From contig JASEGU010000001.1 in assembly GCA_030017835.1 (NCBI GenBank), forward strand, positions 24,341 to 88,340: a stretch of DNA of 64,000 nt, read 5' to 3'. Both the position numbers and the translations under genes were made by a program. This DNA is from Actinomycetota bacterium (GTDB lineage: Bacteria > Actinomycetota > Aquicultoria > UBA3085 > Oleimmundimicrobiaceae). Of the stretch, positions 41,072 through 50,103 are shown piece by piece. The first letter of the stretch is position 1. Each line of letters begins with the position of its first letter. The notes beneath the pieces are model-generated. The model ran no database searches. It saw nothing but the letters and a program-made list of their open reading frames with translations, and was not told where the DNA came from.

Positions 41072-42339
41072 TGTGCGCTCCCGCTCTCCTTGTCGAGAAC
41101 TTAAGCTTCGGATATCAGCCAAAAGATGATTTGGTCTTGGCCCTCGATCTTCGGATCGACCCGGGCGAATTCGTCGGACTCATCGGACCGAACGGCTCAG
41201 GCAAGACCACTCTTATTGGGCTGCTCTCACGCTCGCTCGCTCCCAAGGGACTGATCGAGGTGAATGGCGATGATACGGGGGCTTTGACCGCAAAGGAGAT
41301 GGCAAGACGGATTGCAGTGGTTCCTCAAAGCCTCGACATCTCCTTCTCCTTTAACGTGCGGGAGTTGGTGGCCATGGGAAGGACTCCTCATCTTAAGAGG
41401 TTCGAAGGGGAGAGGCCGGCTGACCGCTTGGCCATAGAGAAGGCCATGAAGGCGACCCGAATCGGCGATCTTGCTAATCGCAAGGTCAAAGAGCTCTCGG
41501 GCGGCGAGATCCAGAGGGTGATAATCGCTCAAGCCCTGGCTCAGGAGGCGGGAATCCTTCTTCTTGATGAACCCACGGCTCATCTCGATATCGGCTATCA
41601 ACTCGAGATAATGGAGCTCATAAGTGAGCTGAGCGAGGGCGGGATAACCGTCCTTGCCGTCATCCACGACCTCAATCTGGCTGCCGCCTATTTTAAGAGG
41701 CTCGTCTTTTTGAGGGATGGCCGGGTGATCGCCGATGGCCCCACCGAAGAGGTCTTTAACTCTGCCAACATCCAGCAAACCTTTTCCACCCCAAATGTCG
41801 TTCACAAGAACCCGATGACGGGCCGCCTCTTTACCACTCTAAGCGGCGCCTTGGGGCCAGAGGGCGCTCAAAAAAGGGGGAGGATTCATATAATTTCAGG
41901 AAGTGGCAGCGGGGCCGCCATCATGAAAGAGTTGAGCCATCAAGGCTACAACCTCTCGGCCGGTGTCTTGAATGTATTAGATAGCGATGAGGAGGCGGCA
42001 AGGAGCTTAGGAATCATCACGGCTCTGGAGGCTCCCTTCTCCTCTATTTCGAAGGAGGCCTTTGTGGTCAACAAGGAGCTCGTCGATGAGAGCAAGGTCG
42101 TGATCATCTCAAACGTCTGCGTAGGAAAGGGCAACTTCAAAAATCTCATCTTCTTACAACTTGCCTTAAGGGCGGGCAAGAGAGTGATCATAGTCGAGGA
42201 GACGCCCATCGAAGAGAGGGATTTCGTTGGCGGCCGCTTTAAGGATCTGACGGGCGAGCTGATAAGAGAGGGCGCCGTAAGGGTTGGAGGTAGGGCCGAG
42301 CTTATGGAGGTTCTAAAATCTTGGGGGGAATTCGTTTGA
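41071..42339 (+). CDS. btuD: ABC transporter ATP-binding protein (BtuD/FepC-like) fused to a C-terminal ~160-aa domain of unknown function
   Basis: It has Walker A (GPNGSGKTT), the signature LSGGE and Walker B (LLLDEPT) in the first ~255 aa. An extra Rossmann-like domain with a GSGSG motif fills the remainder. Confidence 0.75.
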   Translation: MCAPALLVENLSFGYQPKDDLVLALDLRIDPGEFVGLIGPNGSGKTTLIGLLSRSLAPKGLIEVNGDDTGALTAKEMARRIAVVPQSLDISFSFNVRELVAMGRTPHLKRFEGERPADRLAIEKAMKATRIGDLANRKVKELSGGEIQRVIIAQALAQEAGILLLDEPTAHLDIGYQLEIMELISELSEGGITVLAVIHDLNLAAAYFKRLVFLRDGRVIADGPTEEVFNSANIQQTFSTPNVVHKNPMTGRLFTTLSGALGPEGAQKRGRIHIISGSGSGAAIMKELSHQGYNLSAGVLNVLDSDEEAARSLGIITALEAPFSSISKEAFVVNKELVDESKVVIISNVCVGKGNFKNLIFLQLALRAGKRVIIVEETPIEERDFVGGRFKDLTGELIREGAVRVGGRAELMEVLKSWGEFV

Positions 42340-42863
42340 GCAGACTCACGCTCATCTTGGGCGGAGCCCGCTCTGGAAAGAGCGACTTTGCGGAAGAATT
42401 GGCCAAAAGCGGCGGGCGGGTTGCCTTCATCGCGACCGCCAAACCGCTGGATTTAGAGATGGAAGAGAGGATCGAGAAACATCGCCGCTCTCGCCCCAAA
42501 AACTGGGCGACCTTTGAAGTGGATGTGGATCTCTCAGCCTGCTTGAAAGGCGCGGAATGCGACGTGGCAATCTTGGATTGCTTGACCATCTTCGTGGCAA
42601 ACTGCATGGAGGCGGCCAAGGCGGCCGCCCTCGATCCGGAAAGCTTCACCATAGAGGGGCTCAAAGAGGGACTTAAAGCGGCCAGAGAGTCAGGGGCGGA
42701 GTTCATCGTGGTCAGCAACGAGGTCGGATCCGGGATCGTTCCCGAAAACGAACTTGCCAGAAATTATCGCGATATCCTTGGAAAGGCAAATCAACTCCTT
42801 GCAGGAAGGGCCGATTCGGTCTATCTGATGGTGGCCGGCATACCGGTCAAAATAAAGGATTAG
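42336..42863 (+). CDS. cobU: Adenosylcobinamide kinase / adenosylcobinamide-phosphate guanylyltransferase
   Basis: It has a P-loop (LILGGARSGKS). It may start at TTG 42336 (GGGGGGA SD) or TTG 42321. It lies in a cob cluster. Confidence 0.8.
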   Translation: MSRLTLILGGARSGKSDFAEELAKSGGRVAFIATAKPLDLEMEERIEKHRRSRPKNWATFEVDVDLSACLKGAECDVAILDCLTIFVANCMEAAKAAALDPESFTIEGLKEGLKAARESGAEFIVVSNEVGSGIVPENELARNYRDILGKANQLLAGRADSVYLMVAGIPVKIKD

Positions 42864-42875
42864 GGGGAGAGAGGT

Positions 42876-44393
42876 TTGAGCGCAAAGACGCTGATGATTC
42901 AGGGGACCGGCTCAGATGTCGGAAAGAGCGTAGTCGTTGCGGGACTCTGCCGCATCTTCTCCGATATGGGGATGGATGTTGCGCCTTTTAAGGCACAAAA
43001 TATGGCTCTAAACTCATTTGTGACGCTGGACGGCAAAGAGATGGGCAGAGCCCAGGCCGTACAAGCGCGGGCCGCCCGCCTCGAGCCATCCGTTGACTTC
43101 AATCCGATTCTTTTGAAACCGACTAGAGAGGCCGCCTCGCAAGTAATCGTCCACGGGCGGCCCGTCGCCAACCTGACCGCAAGGGAGTACCACGAGGGCT
43201 TTAAGGGTGCGGCCAAAAAGGCGATAGACGCCTCGCTCACCCGTCTTCTGGCTGAGCGCGAACTTATCATAATCGAAGGTGCGGGCAGCCCGGCCGAGGT
43301 CAACTTGAAGGATATGGATATAGTCAATATGGCGGTCGCCAAAGCGGCAAAGGCTCCCGTGATCCTAATCGGAGATATAGATAAGGGCGGGGTGCTGGCC
43401 TCGCTCGTCGGAACCCTCTCCCTTCTCGAAGAGGATGAGAAAAAGATCGTCTCGGGTCTGATCATAAACAAGTTCCGGGGAGATTTAGGTCTCCTTGGTC
43501 CCGTGCTCGACTTCTTGACCGAACGGACGAAAAAGCCGGTTTTGGGGGTCCTGCCTTTTATGAACGACATCGCCATCGAGGAGGAGGATTCAATCCCAAA
43601 ACGGGACCATGAAACGGGCGACTTCGATATCGATGTGGCCATAATCAGGCTTCCCAGGATATCAAACTTTACCGATTTCGATCCGTTGAGGCTGGAAGAG
43701 GGCGTAAGGCTCAGGTATGTGAGCAGGTTAACCGATCTTTGCGATCCCGACGTCCTGATCATTCCGGGCAGCAAGAATACCCTTAGCGACCTTAATTGGC
43801 TTTACAAAAGCGGTTTTGCAGAGGCGGCCATAGGTCTTAGAGCTAGAGGCAGGTTGATAGTCGGCATTTGCGGAGGTCTTCAAATGCTTGGAGAGAAGAT
43901 ATCCGACATGGAGGGGATTGACGGTCTTGCGGGCAGCTCAAAAGGTCTCGGACTCCTTCCGATTTCAACCTCCTTTCATGGAGAGAAGGTGACCGAAAGG
44001 GTTCGCGCCCGCCTTAATGGTAGTCACAAGCTCTTTTATGGTCTAGAAGATCACGAATTTGAAGCCTATGAGATTCATCATGGCCGAACTGATTTTGGAG
44101 AGACTGACCCCTTGTTTGGGATCGAGTCTTCCACGGGGACAAGCAGGGACGGCATGGTTAGCGAAGACGCTGTGGTCTTTGGGACTTATCTCCATGGAAT
44201 ATTTGAAGATGACTTAATTCGGGCGGCCTTTTTGGACGGGATAAGAGCGAAAAAGGGCCTTGCCAAGAGGGGATCATCGTTCAACTTCATAAGCTCTTTT
44301 GAAGCGGGCCTAAATGACTGGGCAGAGGTCTTGCGCAAAAACTTGGACATGGTGATGCTCGAAGGGATAGTCAAAAAGGGGAGTTCAAATTGA
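42876..44393 (+). CDS. cobQ: Cobyric acid synthase
   Basis: It has the N-terminal CobQ/CobB ATPase-like domain (MIQGTGSDVGKS) and a C-terminal glutamine amidotransferase. It is 505 aa. Confidence 0.85.
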   Translation: MSAKTLMIQGTGSDVGKSVVVAGLCRIFSDMGMDVAPFKAQNMALNSFVTLDGKEMGRAQAVQARAARLEPSVDFNPILLKPTREAASQVIVHGRPVANLTAREYHEGFKGAAKKAIDASLTRLLAERELIIIEGAGSPAEVNLKDMDIVNMAVAKAAKAPVILIGDIDKGGVLASLVGTLSLLEEDEKKIVSGLIINKFRGDLGLLGPVLDFLTERTKKPVLGVLPFMNDIAIEEEDSIPKRDHETGDFDIDVAIIRLPRISNFTDFDPLRLEEGVRLRYVSRLTDLCDPDVLIIPGSKNTLSDLNWLYKSGFAEAAIGLRARGRLIVGICGGLQMLGEKISDMEGIDGLAGSSKGLGLLPISTSFHGEKVTERVRARLNGSHKLFYGLEDHEFEAYEIHHGRTDFGETDPLFGIESSTGTSRDGMVSEDAVVFGTYLHGIFEDDLIRAAFLDGIRAKKGLAKRGSSFNFISSFEAGLNDWAEVLRKNLDMVMLEGIVKKGSSN

Positions 44394-45355
44394 TAGCCTA
44401 CGCGATGCTTGCCGCCTTTTTTATCGATTATTTGATTGCCGACCCCCCGCATCCCCTTCACCCGGTCAGACTGATTGGGCTCTTCATCTTGAAGGCAGAG
44501 AACGTTTTGAGCAAGACTTTTAAAGGTAGAACGGAGTATTTCGCAGGTCTCATTTTGGCGGCCGGCACGATTCTTATCTCCTTCATCGCGGCTCGCTACC
44601 TCATCATTTTTGCCGGAAAGGTCTCAAATCATCTCTCCTTTTTACTTGCGATATTTCTCATATATTCGACCATAAGCCCCAAAGAGATGGTCAAACAAGC
44701 CAAACGGGTCCGATTAGAACTCAGAGAGGGAAGTCTTCAGGGCGCAAGAGAGAGCCTTTCTGGGCTGGTTGGTCGAGACACCGATTGTCTTGATGAAGGG
44801 GCTGTGATACGGGCCGCCATCGAGACAGTCTCAGAGAATATCACCGATGGCAGCGTGGCTCCTCTCTTCTACGCGGCGCTTGGCGGTCCCCCCCTTGCCA
44901 TGGCTTACCGGGCCGTAAATACCCTAGATTCGATGGTCGGCTACAAGAACGAAAGATATGCCAAGCTAGGTTTCTTCTCAGCCAAACTGGATGATTTGGC
45001 GAGCTATATACCGGCCAGGATAGCTGGGCTACTGGTAACGTTTGCCGCCCTTATCATGGGCAAGGATTGGCGGCGCTCTCTTATCACGACGATAAGGGAG
45101 TCCAAAAAACATTCGAGTCCAAACGCTGGCATCGGCGAGGCGGCGATGGCCGGGATCCTCGGGATCGAACTTGGGGGGCCGAGTAGCTACGGGCAAAAGC
45201 TCGTCGAGAGGGCCAGGCTCGGCCAAAACAAGACCAGTTTAAGCTCGTCTATGATAGGCGAGGCCGCTATGGTTCACTATTTGGTGGCGGCCCTATCTCT
45301 CGGACTCTTCGTTCTCTTGAGGATGGTCATCGAACCCTTGGGAGGCCATCTGTGA
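44390..45355 (+). CDS. cbiB: Adenosylcobinamide-phosphate synthase
   Basis: It is a membrane protein with a CbiB-like N-terminal motif (IGDPPHPLHPVRLIG). Confidence 0.8.
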   Translation: MIAYAMLAAFFIDYLIADPPHPLHPVRLIGLFILKAENVLSKTFKGRTEYFAGLILAAGTILISFIAARYLIIFAGKVSNHLSFLLAIFLIYSTISPKEMVKQAKRVRLELREGSLQGARESLSGLVGRDTDCLDEGAVIRAAIETVSENITDGSVAPLFYAALGGPPLAMAYRAVNTLDSMVGYKNERYAKLGFFSAKLDDLASYIPARIAGLLVTFAALIMGKDWRRSLITTIRESKKHSSPNAGIGEAAMAGILGIELGGPSSYGQKLVERARLGQNKTSLSSSMIGEAAMVHYLVAALSLGLFVLLRMVIEPLGGHL

Positions 45356-46089
45356 GCGGGCTGGTATCGGCCATTAACTTCTTGTCCATCATCTCCATCC
45401 CGTCCAAGAGGGGACGGAGCGAAGCTGAATTGAAGGGGGCGGCTCGGTTCTTCCCCTTAGTCGGCCTCCTTTTTGGGCTTATTTTAGCCCTTTTAGACAT
45501 CGGTTTACGGATGGTCTTACCGCTCATGGCCGCATCGATTCTGCTGATTGCCGCCTCGACCATCTTAAGCGGTGCGATTCACTTAGACGGGTTGGCAGAC
45601 ACCTTGGACGGCATCCTGGGCGGCGGGGGGGATAGGGTCAGGAGCCTTCAAATAATGAGAGACAGCAGCCTGGGGACATTTGGGGCGGCTTCGCTATCCT
45701 TGGACCTCATACTCAAATTTGTTCTCATAGCCTCACTTCATGGCCGACTTCGATTTCTGGCTTTGCTCTTATTTCCCTTGGTAGCGAGGGGAGCGCTCGT
45801 CTTTTCGATGGTCCTTTTCCCCTGCGCCAGGGGCGATGGCAAGGCCAAAAGTTTTGACTCTTTCAAAGATATCAAAAGCCTATCGATTCCGATCATCCTC
45901 TTGCTTTCCTCAATCTTCTTCTGCCCGCTGTCTGTTTTGGCCACACTCGTCACTCTTTTGTTATCCTTTCTGATTTCATATCTATTAAACAAAAGGCTCG
46001 GCGGGCTGACCGGAGACACCTATGGCGCCGTGGTCGAACTTTCTGAGATATCGTTTCTTCTCATCTTCCTGATTGGAGCTCGCCCATGA
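45352..46089 (+). CDS. cobS: Adenosylcobinamide-GDP ribazoletransferase (cobalamin synthase)
   Basis: It is a 245-aa polytopic membrane protein in the CobS position, with a CobS-like motif (LTGDTYGA). Confidence 0.75.
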   Translation: MSGLVSAINFLSIISIPSKRGRSEAELKGAARFFPLVGLLFGLILALLDIGLRMVLPLMAASILLIAASTILSGAIHLDGLADTLDGILGGGGDRVRSLQIMRDSSLGTFGAASLSLDLILKFVLIASLHGRLRFLALLLFPLVARGALVFSMVLFPCARGDGKAKSFDSFKDIKSLSIPIILLLSSIFFCPLSVLATLVTLLLSFLISYLLNKRLGGLTGDTYGAVVELSEISFLLIFLIGARP

Positions 46090-47180
46090 AGATGATGATT
46101 CACGGCGGCGAGCCGAAGCGAACGTTTGAAAGACTTGGGCTCACTCCAAGAGAGGTGATAGATTTCAGCGTAAACATCAACCCCTTTGGGCCGCCAAAAG
46201 GCGTCCTTAATTACTTAAGGTCCATTGATGAGCAAGATATAAGGGATTATCCAGATCCGGAAAGCTCCAGGCTAAAGGGGATACTATCTCAAAAACTCGG
46301 CCTTGGCCTGGGTAATTTAGCCCTAATGAGCGGCTCCTTGGAAGCGATACATCTGGTTGCAAGCCGCCTGGTCGATTCTCGCGGCGCCCTCATCATCTCA
46401 CCGAATTTTTCCGAATACGAAGCCTCGCTGAAGGCATACGATATCCCGGTCGCAAAGCTTAGCCTTAGCGAAGATGACGGCTTCGATCTCACAAACAAGA
46501 CTTCAAATTTGAAAATCAATGATTTTGGGGCCATCTTTTTATCCAACCCGAACAATCCGACTGGAAGGCTATACGATAAAAAGGAGCTTATAGCCATGAT
46601 ACAAAGGGCTAAAGGCTCCAAAACTCTGATCGTTTCCGATGAGTCCTTCATGGACTTCGTCATCGAAAAGCAGAGCGAGTCTTTGGCATATCGTGTAAAT
46701 GAGTTTGATAATCTAATCGTCCTCTCCTCCTTGACCAAGTTCTATTCCTTGGCCGGCTTAAGGATCGGCTGCGCCATCGCATCGGACGGTCTCATCGAGA
46801 TGATAAGGCAAGCCTCGCCCCGTTGGAACTTGAATCATCCGGCCCAGAAGGCGGCCGAAATCGCCATCTTGGACTCAGCTTTTGAGGATTTCAGCCTGAA
46901 AGAGAATCAAAGACTTCGGGCCGATCTGTATCAGAGGTTGTCTGCGATCGGCGGAATCAAAGCCTTCTTATCAAGCGCAAACTTCATTCTCATAAAGGTG
47001 GATTCGAGGGAGATCTTGGGATCGGATTTCTTCGCAGAGCTTTTGAAGTGCGGCTATCATCTTAGGGACTGCTCATCTTTCGAGGGTCTTGGAGGCGACT
47101 TCTTTAGGATCGCGGTCAGAAAAGAGGAGGAGAACTTGGCCCTCTTGGCCGAAATGAGAAAGATAATTTCAACGACATAA
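46086..47180 (+). CDS. cobD: L-threonine-O-3-phosphate decarboxylase (class I/II aminotransferase fold)
   Basis: It has a CobD-like N-terminus (HGG...DFS.N.NP.GPP) and a PLP-lysine region. It is 364 aa. Confidence 0.7.
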   Translation: MKMMIHGGEPKRTFERLGLTPREVIDFSVNINPFGPPKGVLNYLRSIDEQDIRDYPDPESSRLKGILSQKLGLGLGNLALMSGSLEAIHLVASRLVDSRGALIISPNFSEYEASLKAYDIPVAKLSLSEDDGFDLTNKTSNLKINDFGAIFLSNPNNPTGRLYDKKELIAMIQRAKGSKTLIVSDESFMDFVIEKQSESLAYRVNEFDNLIVLSSLTKFYSLAGLRIGCAIASDGLIEMIRQASPRWNLNHPAQKAAEIAILDSAFEDFSLKENQRLRADLYQRLSAIGGIKAFLSSANFILIKVDSREILGSDFFAELLKCGYHLRDCSSFEGLGGDFFRIAVRKEEENLALLAEMRKIISTT

Positions 47181-47193
47181 AAAGGAGAAAAAC

Positions 47194-48246
47194 ATGCTTA
47201 AACTCGACGATATGACGGGCGGTTTTGCGGATTTAGACGAGGATGCGAGAAAGCGGGCAGCAGCTCGTCTTGACAATCTGACCAAGCCCAAAGGGAGTCT
47301 GGGCGCCCTTGAAGAGATGGTCAAATGCCTGGCCGCAATATACGGGACCGATGAGCTCAAGATCGGCAAGAAGACGATCTTCGTCATGGCGGGAGACCAC
47401 GGCGTGGCAGAAGAGGGGGTGAGCGCCTTTCCCAGCGAGGTCACCCCTCAGATGGTCTTAAATTTTTTGGGCGGGGGGGCTGCCATAAATGTTCTTGCCC
47501 GCCACGTCGGGGCGGACGTCAAGGTGGTCGATATCGGGGTTGCCGGCGAGCTCGAAACCGGCGGTCTGATATCCCGCAAAGTAAAGCCAGGTACTGACAA
47601 TATGACAAAAGGGCCAGCCATGACAAAAGAGGAGGCGCTCGAGGCGATCAAGGTGGGAATGGAACTTGCTATGGCTGAAGTAGAGGCCGGCGCAAAGCTC
47701 CTTGGCACGGGCGACATGGGTATCGGTAATACCACCTCAAGCAGTGCCATCGCTGCCGTTTTGACCGGCTCTTCTCTCGACGAGGCGATCGGGCGAGGCA
47801 CGGGCATCGGCGACGGGGCCCTGAAGGTGAAGAGGGATGCGATCAGGCGGGCCATAGAGCTCAATCGCCCAGATCCCACAGATCCGCTCGATGTCCTCTC
47901 AAAGGTCGGCGGCCTTGAGATTGCGGGGATAACCGGCCTGATTTTAGGCTCGGCCAAGGCAAAAGTTCCTGTCGTCATCGACGGCTTCATCTCATCGGCC
48001 GCCGCCCTGGTGGCGGCCAAGATCTCAAAGAAATCGACCGGTTACATGATAGCCTCTCACCAGTCGGTCGAGCCCGGCCATCTTAAGGTCCTAAGCGAAC
48101 TCGGCCTAAAACCCGTCTTGATGATGGATATGCGCCTCGGAGAGGGGACCGGAGCAGCTCTTGCCATGGGGCTGATAGACGGCGCCATAAAGATATATAA
48201 TGAGATGGCAACATTCGACGGAGCGGGAGTCTCAAAGGAGCTTTAG
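47194..48246 (+). CDS. cobT: Nicotinate-nucleotide--dimethylbenzimidazole phosphoribosyltransferase
   Basis: It carries CobT motifs (KP.GSLG.LE, GDMGIGNTT) and is 350 aa. Confidence 0.85.
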   Translation: MLKLDDMTGGFADLDEDARKRAAARLDNLTKPKGSLGALEEMVKCLAAIYGTDELKIGKKTIFVMAGDHGVAEEGVSAFPSEVTPQMVLNFLGGGAAINVLARHVGADVKVVDIGVAGELETGGLISRKVKPGTDNMTKGPAMTKEEALEAIKVGMELAMAEVEAGAKLLGTGDMGIGNTTSSSAIAAVLTGSSLDEAIGRGTGIGDGALKVKRDAIRRAIELNRPDPTDPLDVLSKVGGLEIAGITGLILGSAKAKVPVVIDGFISSAAALVAAKISKKSTGYMIASHQSVEPGHLKVLSELGLKPVLMMDMRLGEGTGAALAMGLIDGAIKIYNEMATFDGAGVSKEL

Positions 48247-48254
48247 GAGTGAAG

Positions 48255-48866
48255 ATGACCAGGTTGTATCTCGTTCGTCACGGCGAGACCGAGTGGAACG
48301 CGCAAGGCAAATATTTGGGAGTCACAGACATCCCTTTGACCTTAAGGGGCCGCTCTCAGGCGCTCGCCCTTGGAAGGTATCTCGAGGATAAAGGGGTCAG
48401 TGCGGCATATTCGAGCGAACTAAAGAGGGCCAAAGAGACACTTAAGATTGCCACTTCGGCTCTGAATATTAACCCCTCGGTCCTTAATGGTTTGAATGAA
48501 ATTAATTTCGGCCGCTGGGAGGGCATGACGTACGAAGAGATAGAGAGATCTTACGGTGACCTCCTCTCGAACTGGCTCTTGGATGTCTCAAGATACGAGA
48601 TCCCCGATGGCGAGAGGTGGCATGATTTTAAATCGCGGGTTAGCGAGAGTTTCGATAGGATAATCGAAGAGAACCAGGAAAGAGAGGTCTTGGTCGTAAC
48701 TCACGGCGGCGTGATCAAGACCATAATTGGTTCTATCTTGGGCATGGAGCCGGTCGGTTTTTGGAAACTTCGCCAAGATAAGGGAGCTCTCAATATCTTA
48801 GAGGTTCACAGAAAAGAGGCAATGGTGACTCTTTTGAATGACACCTGTTATCAGAATCACATTTAG
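48255..48866 (+). CDS. cobC: Alpha-ribazole phosphatase (histidine phosphatase family)
   Basis: It has the RHGETEWN motif. ATG at 48255 has an AGGAG SD (or GTG at 48249). It ends the cob cluster. Confidence 0.75.
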   Translation: MTRLYLVRHGETEWNAQGKYLGVTDIPLTLRGRSQALALGRYLEDKGVSAAYSSELKRAKETLKIATSALNINPSVLNGLNEINFGRWEGMTYEEIERSYGDLLSNWLLDVSRYEIPDGERWHDFKSRVSESFDRIIEENQEREVLVVTHGGVIKTIIGSILGMEPVGFWKLRQDKGALNILEVHRKEAMVTLLNDTCYQNHI

Positions 48867-48956
48867 ATTTCCACCAATTTAAGCAGGCAATTTATTGAGC
48901 AAAGGTCCCCATTATGTTAAACTCCATTCATCTTTTTAGCTCTCAATATTAACGCC

Positions 48957-50066
48957 TTGAGGTGCGCATTGAAGGATATCTTTAGAAAAGAACTTGAAGC
49001 ATTGAGGCCTTACAGCCCAGGAAAACCGATTGCTGACGTCAAAAGGGAGCTTGGCTTGAGCGAAGTCATAAAGCTCGCCTCCAACGAATCACCAACCCCG
49101 CCGCTCCAGGCGGCAGTTGAGGCGATAGCTTCGGCCTCCCTCGGCATAAACCGCTATCCGGACGGGGCTTGCTTGGATTTAAAGTCGGCGCTTTCGAGGC
49201 ACCTTGAGGTTGAAGAATCGACGATAATCGTGGGCAATGGCTCAAATGAGCTCATTCGCCTTCTTGCCCAGGCCGTTTTGAACTCTGGCGATGAGGTGGT
49301 GATGGCAAGTCCCTCTTTCGTCGTCTATCCCACCGTATCTTTAATGATGAATGCCCACCCGGTCGAAGTCTCCTTAACGGGTCACCGCCACGATCTTGCG
49401 GCCATGCGCTCGGCCATCACCGAAAAGACCAAGATGGTCTTCATCTGTAACCCCAATAATCCAACCGGCACTATAGTGAGCCGGAGCGAGGTCGAAGAGT
49501 TCTTAAACGGTACTCCAGATCACGTCATGGTCGTCTTCGACGAGGCCTACTTCGAGTACGTGGATGATCCGGATTTTGCGAGCGGCCTTAAATATTTCTC
49601 GCCAAGCGGCGGAGTCGTGGTCCTTCGAACCTTCTCGAAGATCTTTGGCCTGGCTGGTCTTAGGATTGGCTATGGTGTCGCTCCCAAAGAGGTTGTGACC
49701 TATCTCGACAAGATCCGAGAGCCCTTCAACGTAAATAGCTTGGCTCAAGTTGGGGCGCTTGCAAGCCTAAGGGAGAAAGAAGAGGTTGCAACTAGAAAAA
49801 CCGACAACCTGGCCGGTCTTAAATTTCTCTCCAAAGCCTTAAGCGAAATGGGCTTCGAGGCGGTCCCGTCATCTGCCAACTTTCTATTGGTCGATGTAAA
49901 AGAGGACTCCAAAGAGGTCTTTGGCCGGCTTCTAAAAAAGGGAGTCATCGTGAGATCTGGCGAGATATTCGGAGAGGCATATACCAACTTCATAAGGGTT
50001 ACGGTCGGAAGTCCCGAGGAGAACAAGAAGTTCATCCTAGCCTTAAAAGAGGTTACTGGCCGGTAG
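48957..50066 (+). CDS. hisC: Histidinol-phosphate aminotransferase
   Basis: It has HisC-like sequence (L.PY.PG, NESP.PP) and a PLP-binding region (FSKIFGLAGLRIGY). It is 369 aa. The start is TTG at 48957 or 48969. Confidence 0.8.
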   Translation: MRCALKDIFRKELEALRPYSPGKPIADVKRELGLSEVIKLASNESPTPPLQAAVEAIASASLGINRYPDGACLDLKSALSRHLEVEESTIIVGNGSNELIRLLAQAVLNSGDEVVMASPSFVVYPTVSLMMNAHPVEVSLTGHRHDLAAMRSAITEKTKMVFICNPNNPTGTIVSRSEVEEFLNGTPDHVMVVFDEAYFEYVDDPDFASGLKYFSPSGGVVVLRTFSKIFGLAGLRIGYGVAPKEVVTYLDKIREPFNVNSLAQVGALASLREKEEVATRKTDNLAGLKFLSKALSEMGFEAVPSSANFLLVDVKEDSKEVFGRLLKKGVIVRSGEIFGEAYTNFIRVTVGSPEENKKFILALKEVTGR

Positions 50067-50103
50067 ATTTAAATTTTTGAAATTTGAAAAGGTGGTGGTA
50101 TAG

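Noticed and set aside
42899-43774. 291-aa minus-strand ORF antisense to cobQ (there are similar long antisense ORFs at 47448-48020, 19721-20230, 10870-11253, 3321-3806 and 41227-41805)
   Set aside because: They have low-complexity S/P/R/A-rich translations typical of antisense frames in GC-rich coding DNA. They lack RBS or motifs. The plus-strand genes underneath have strong family signatures.
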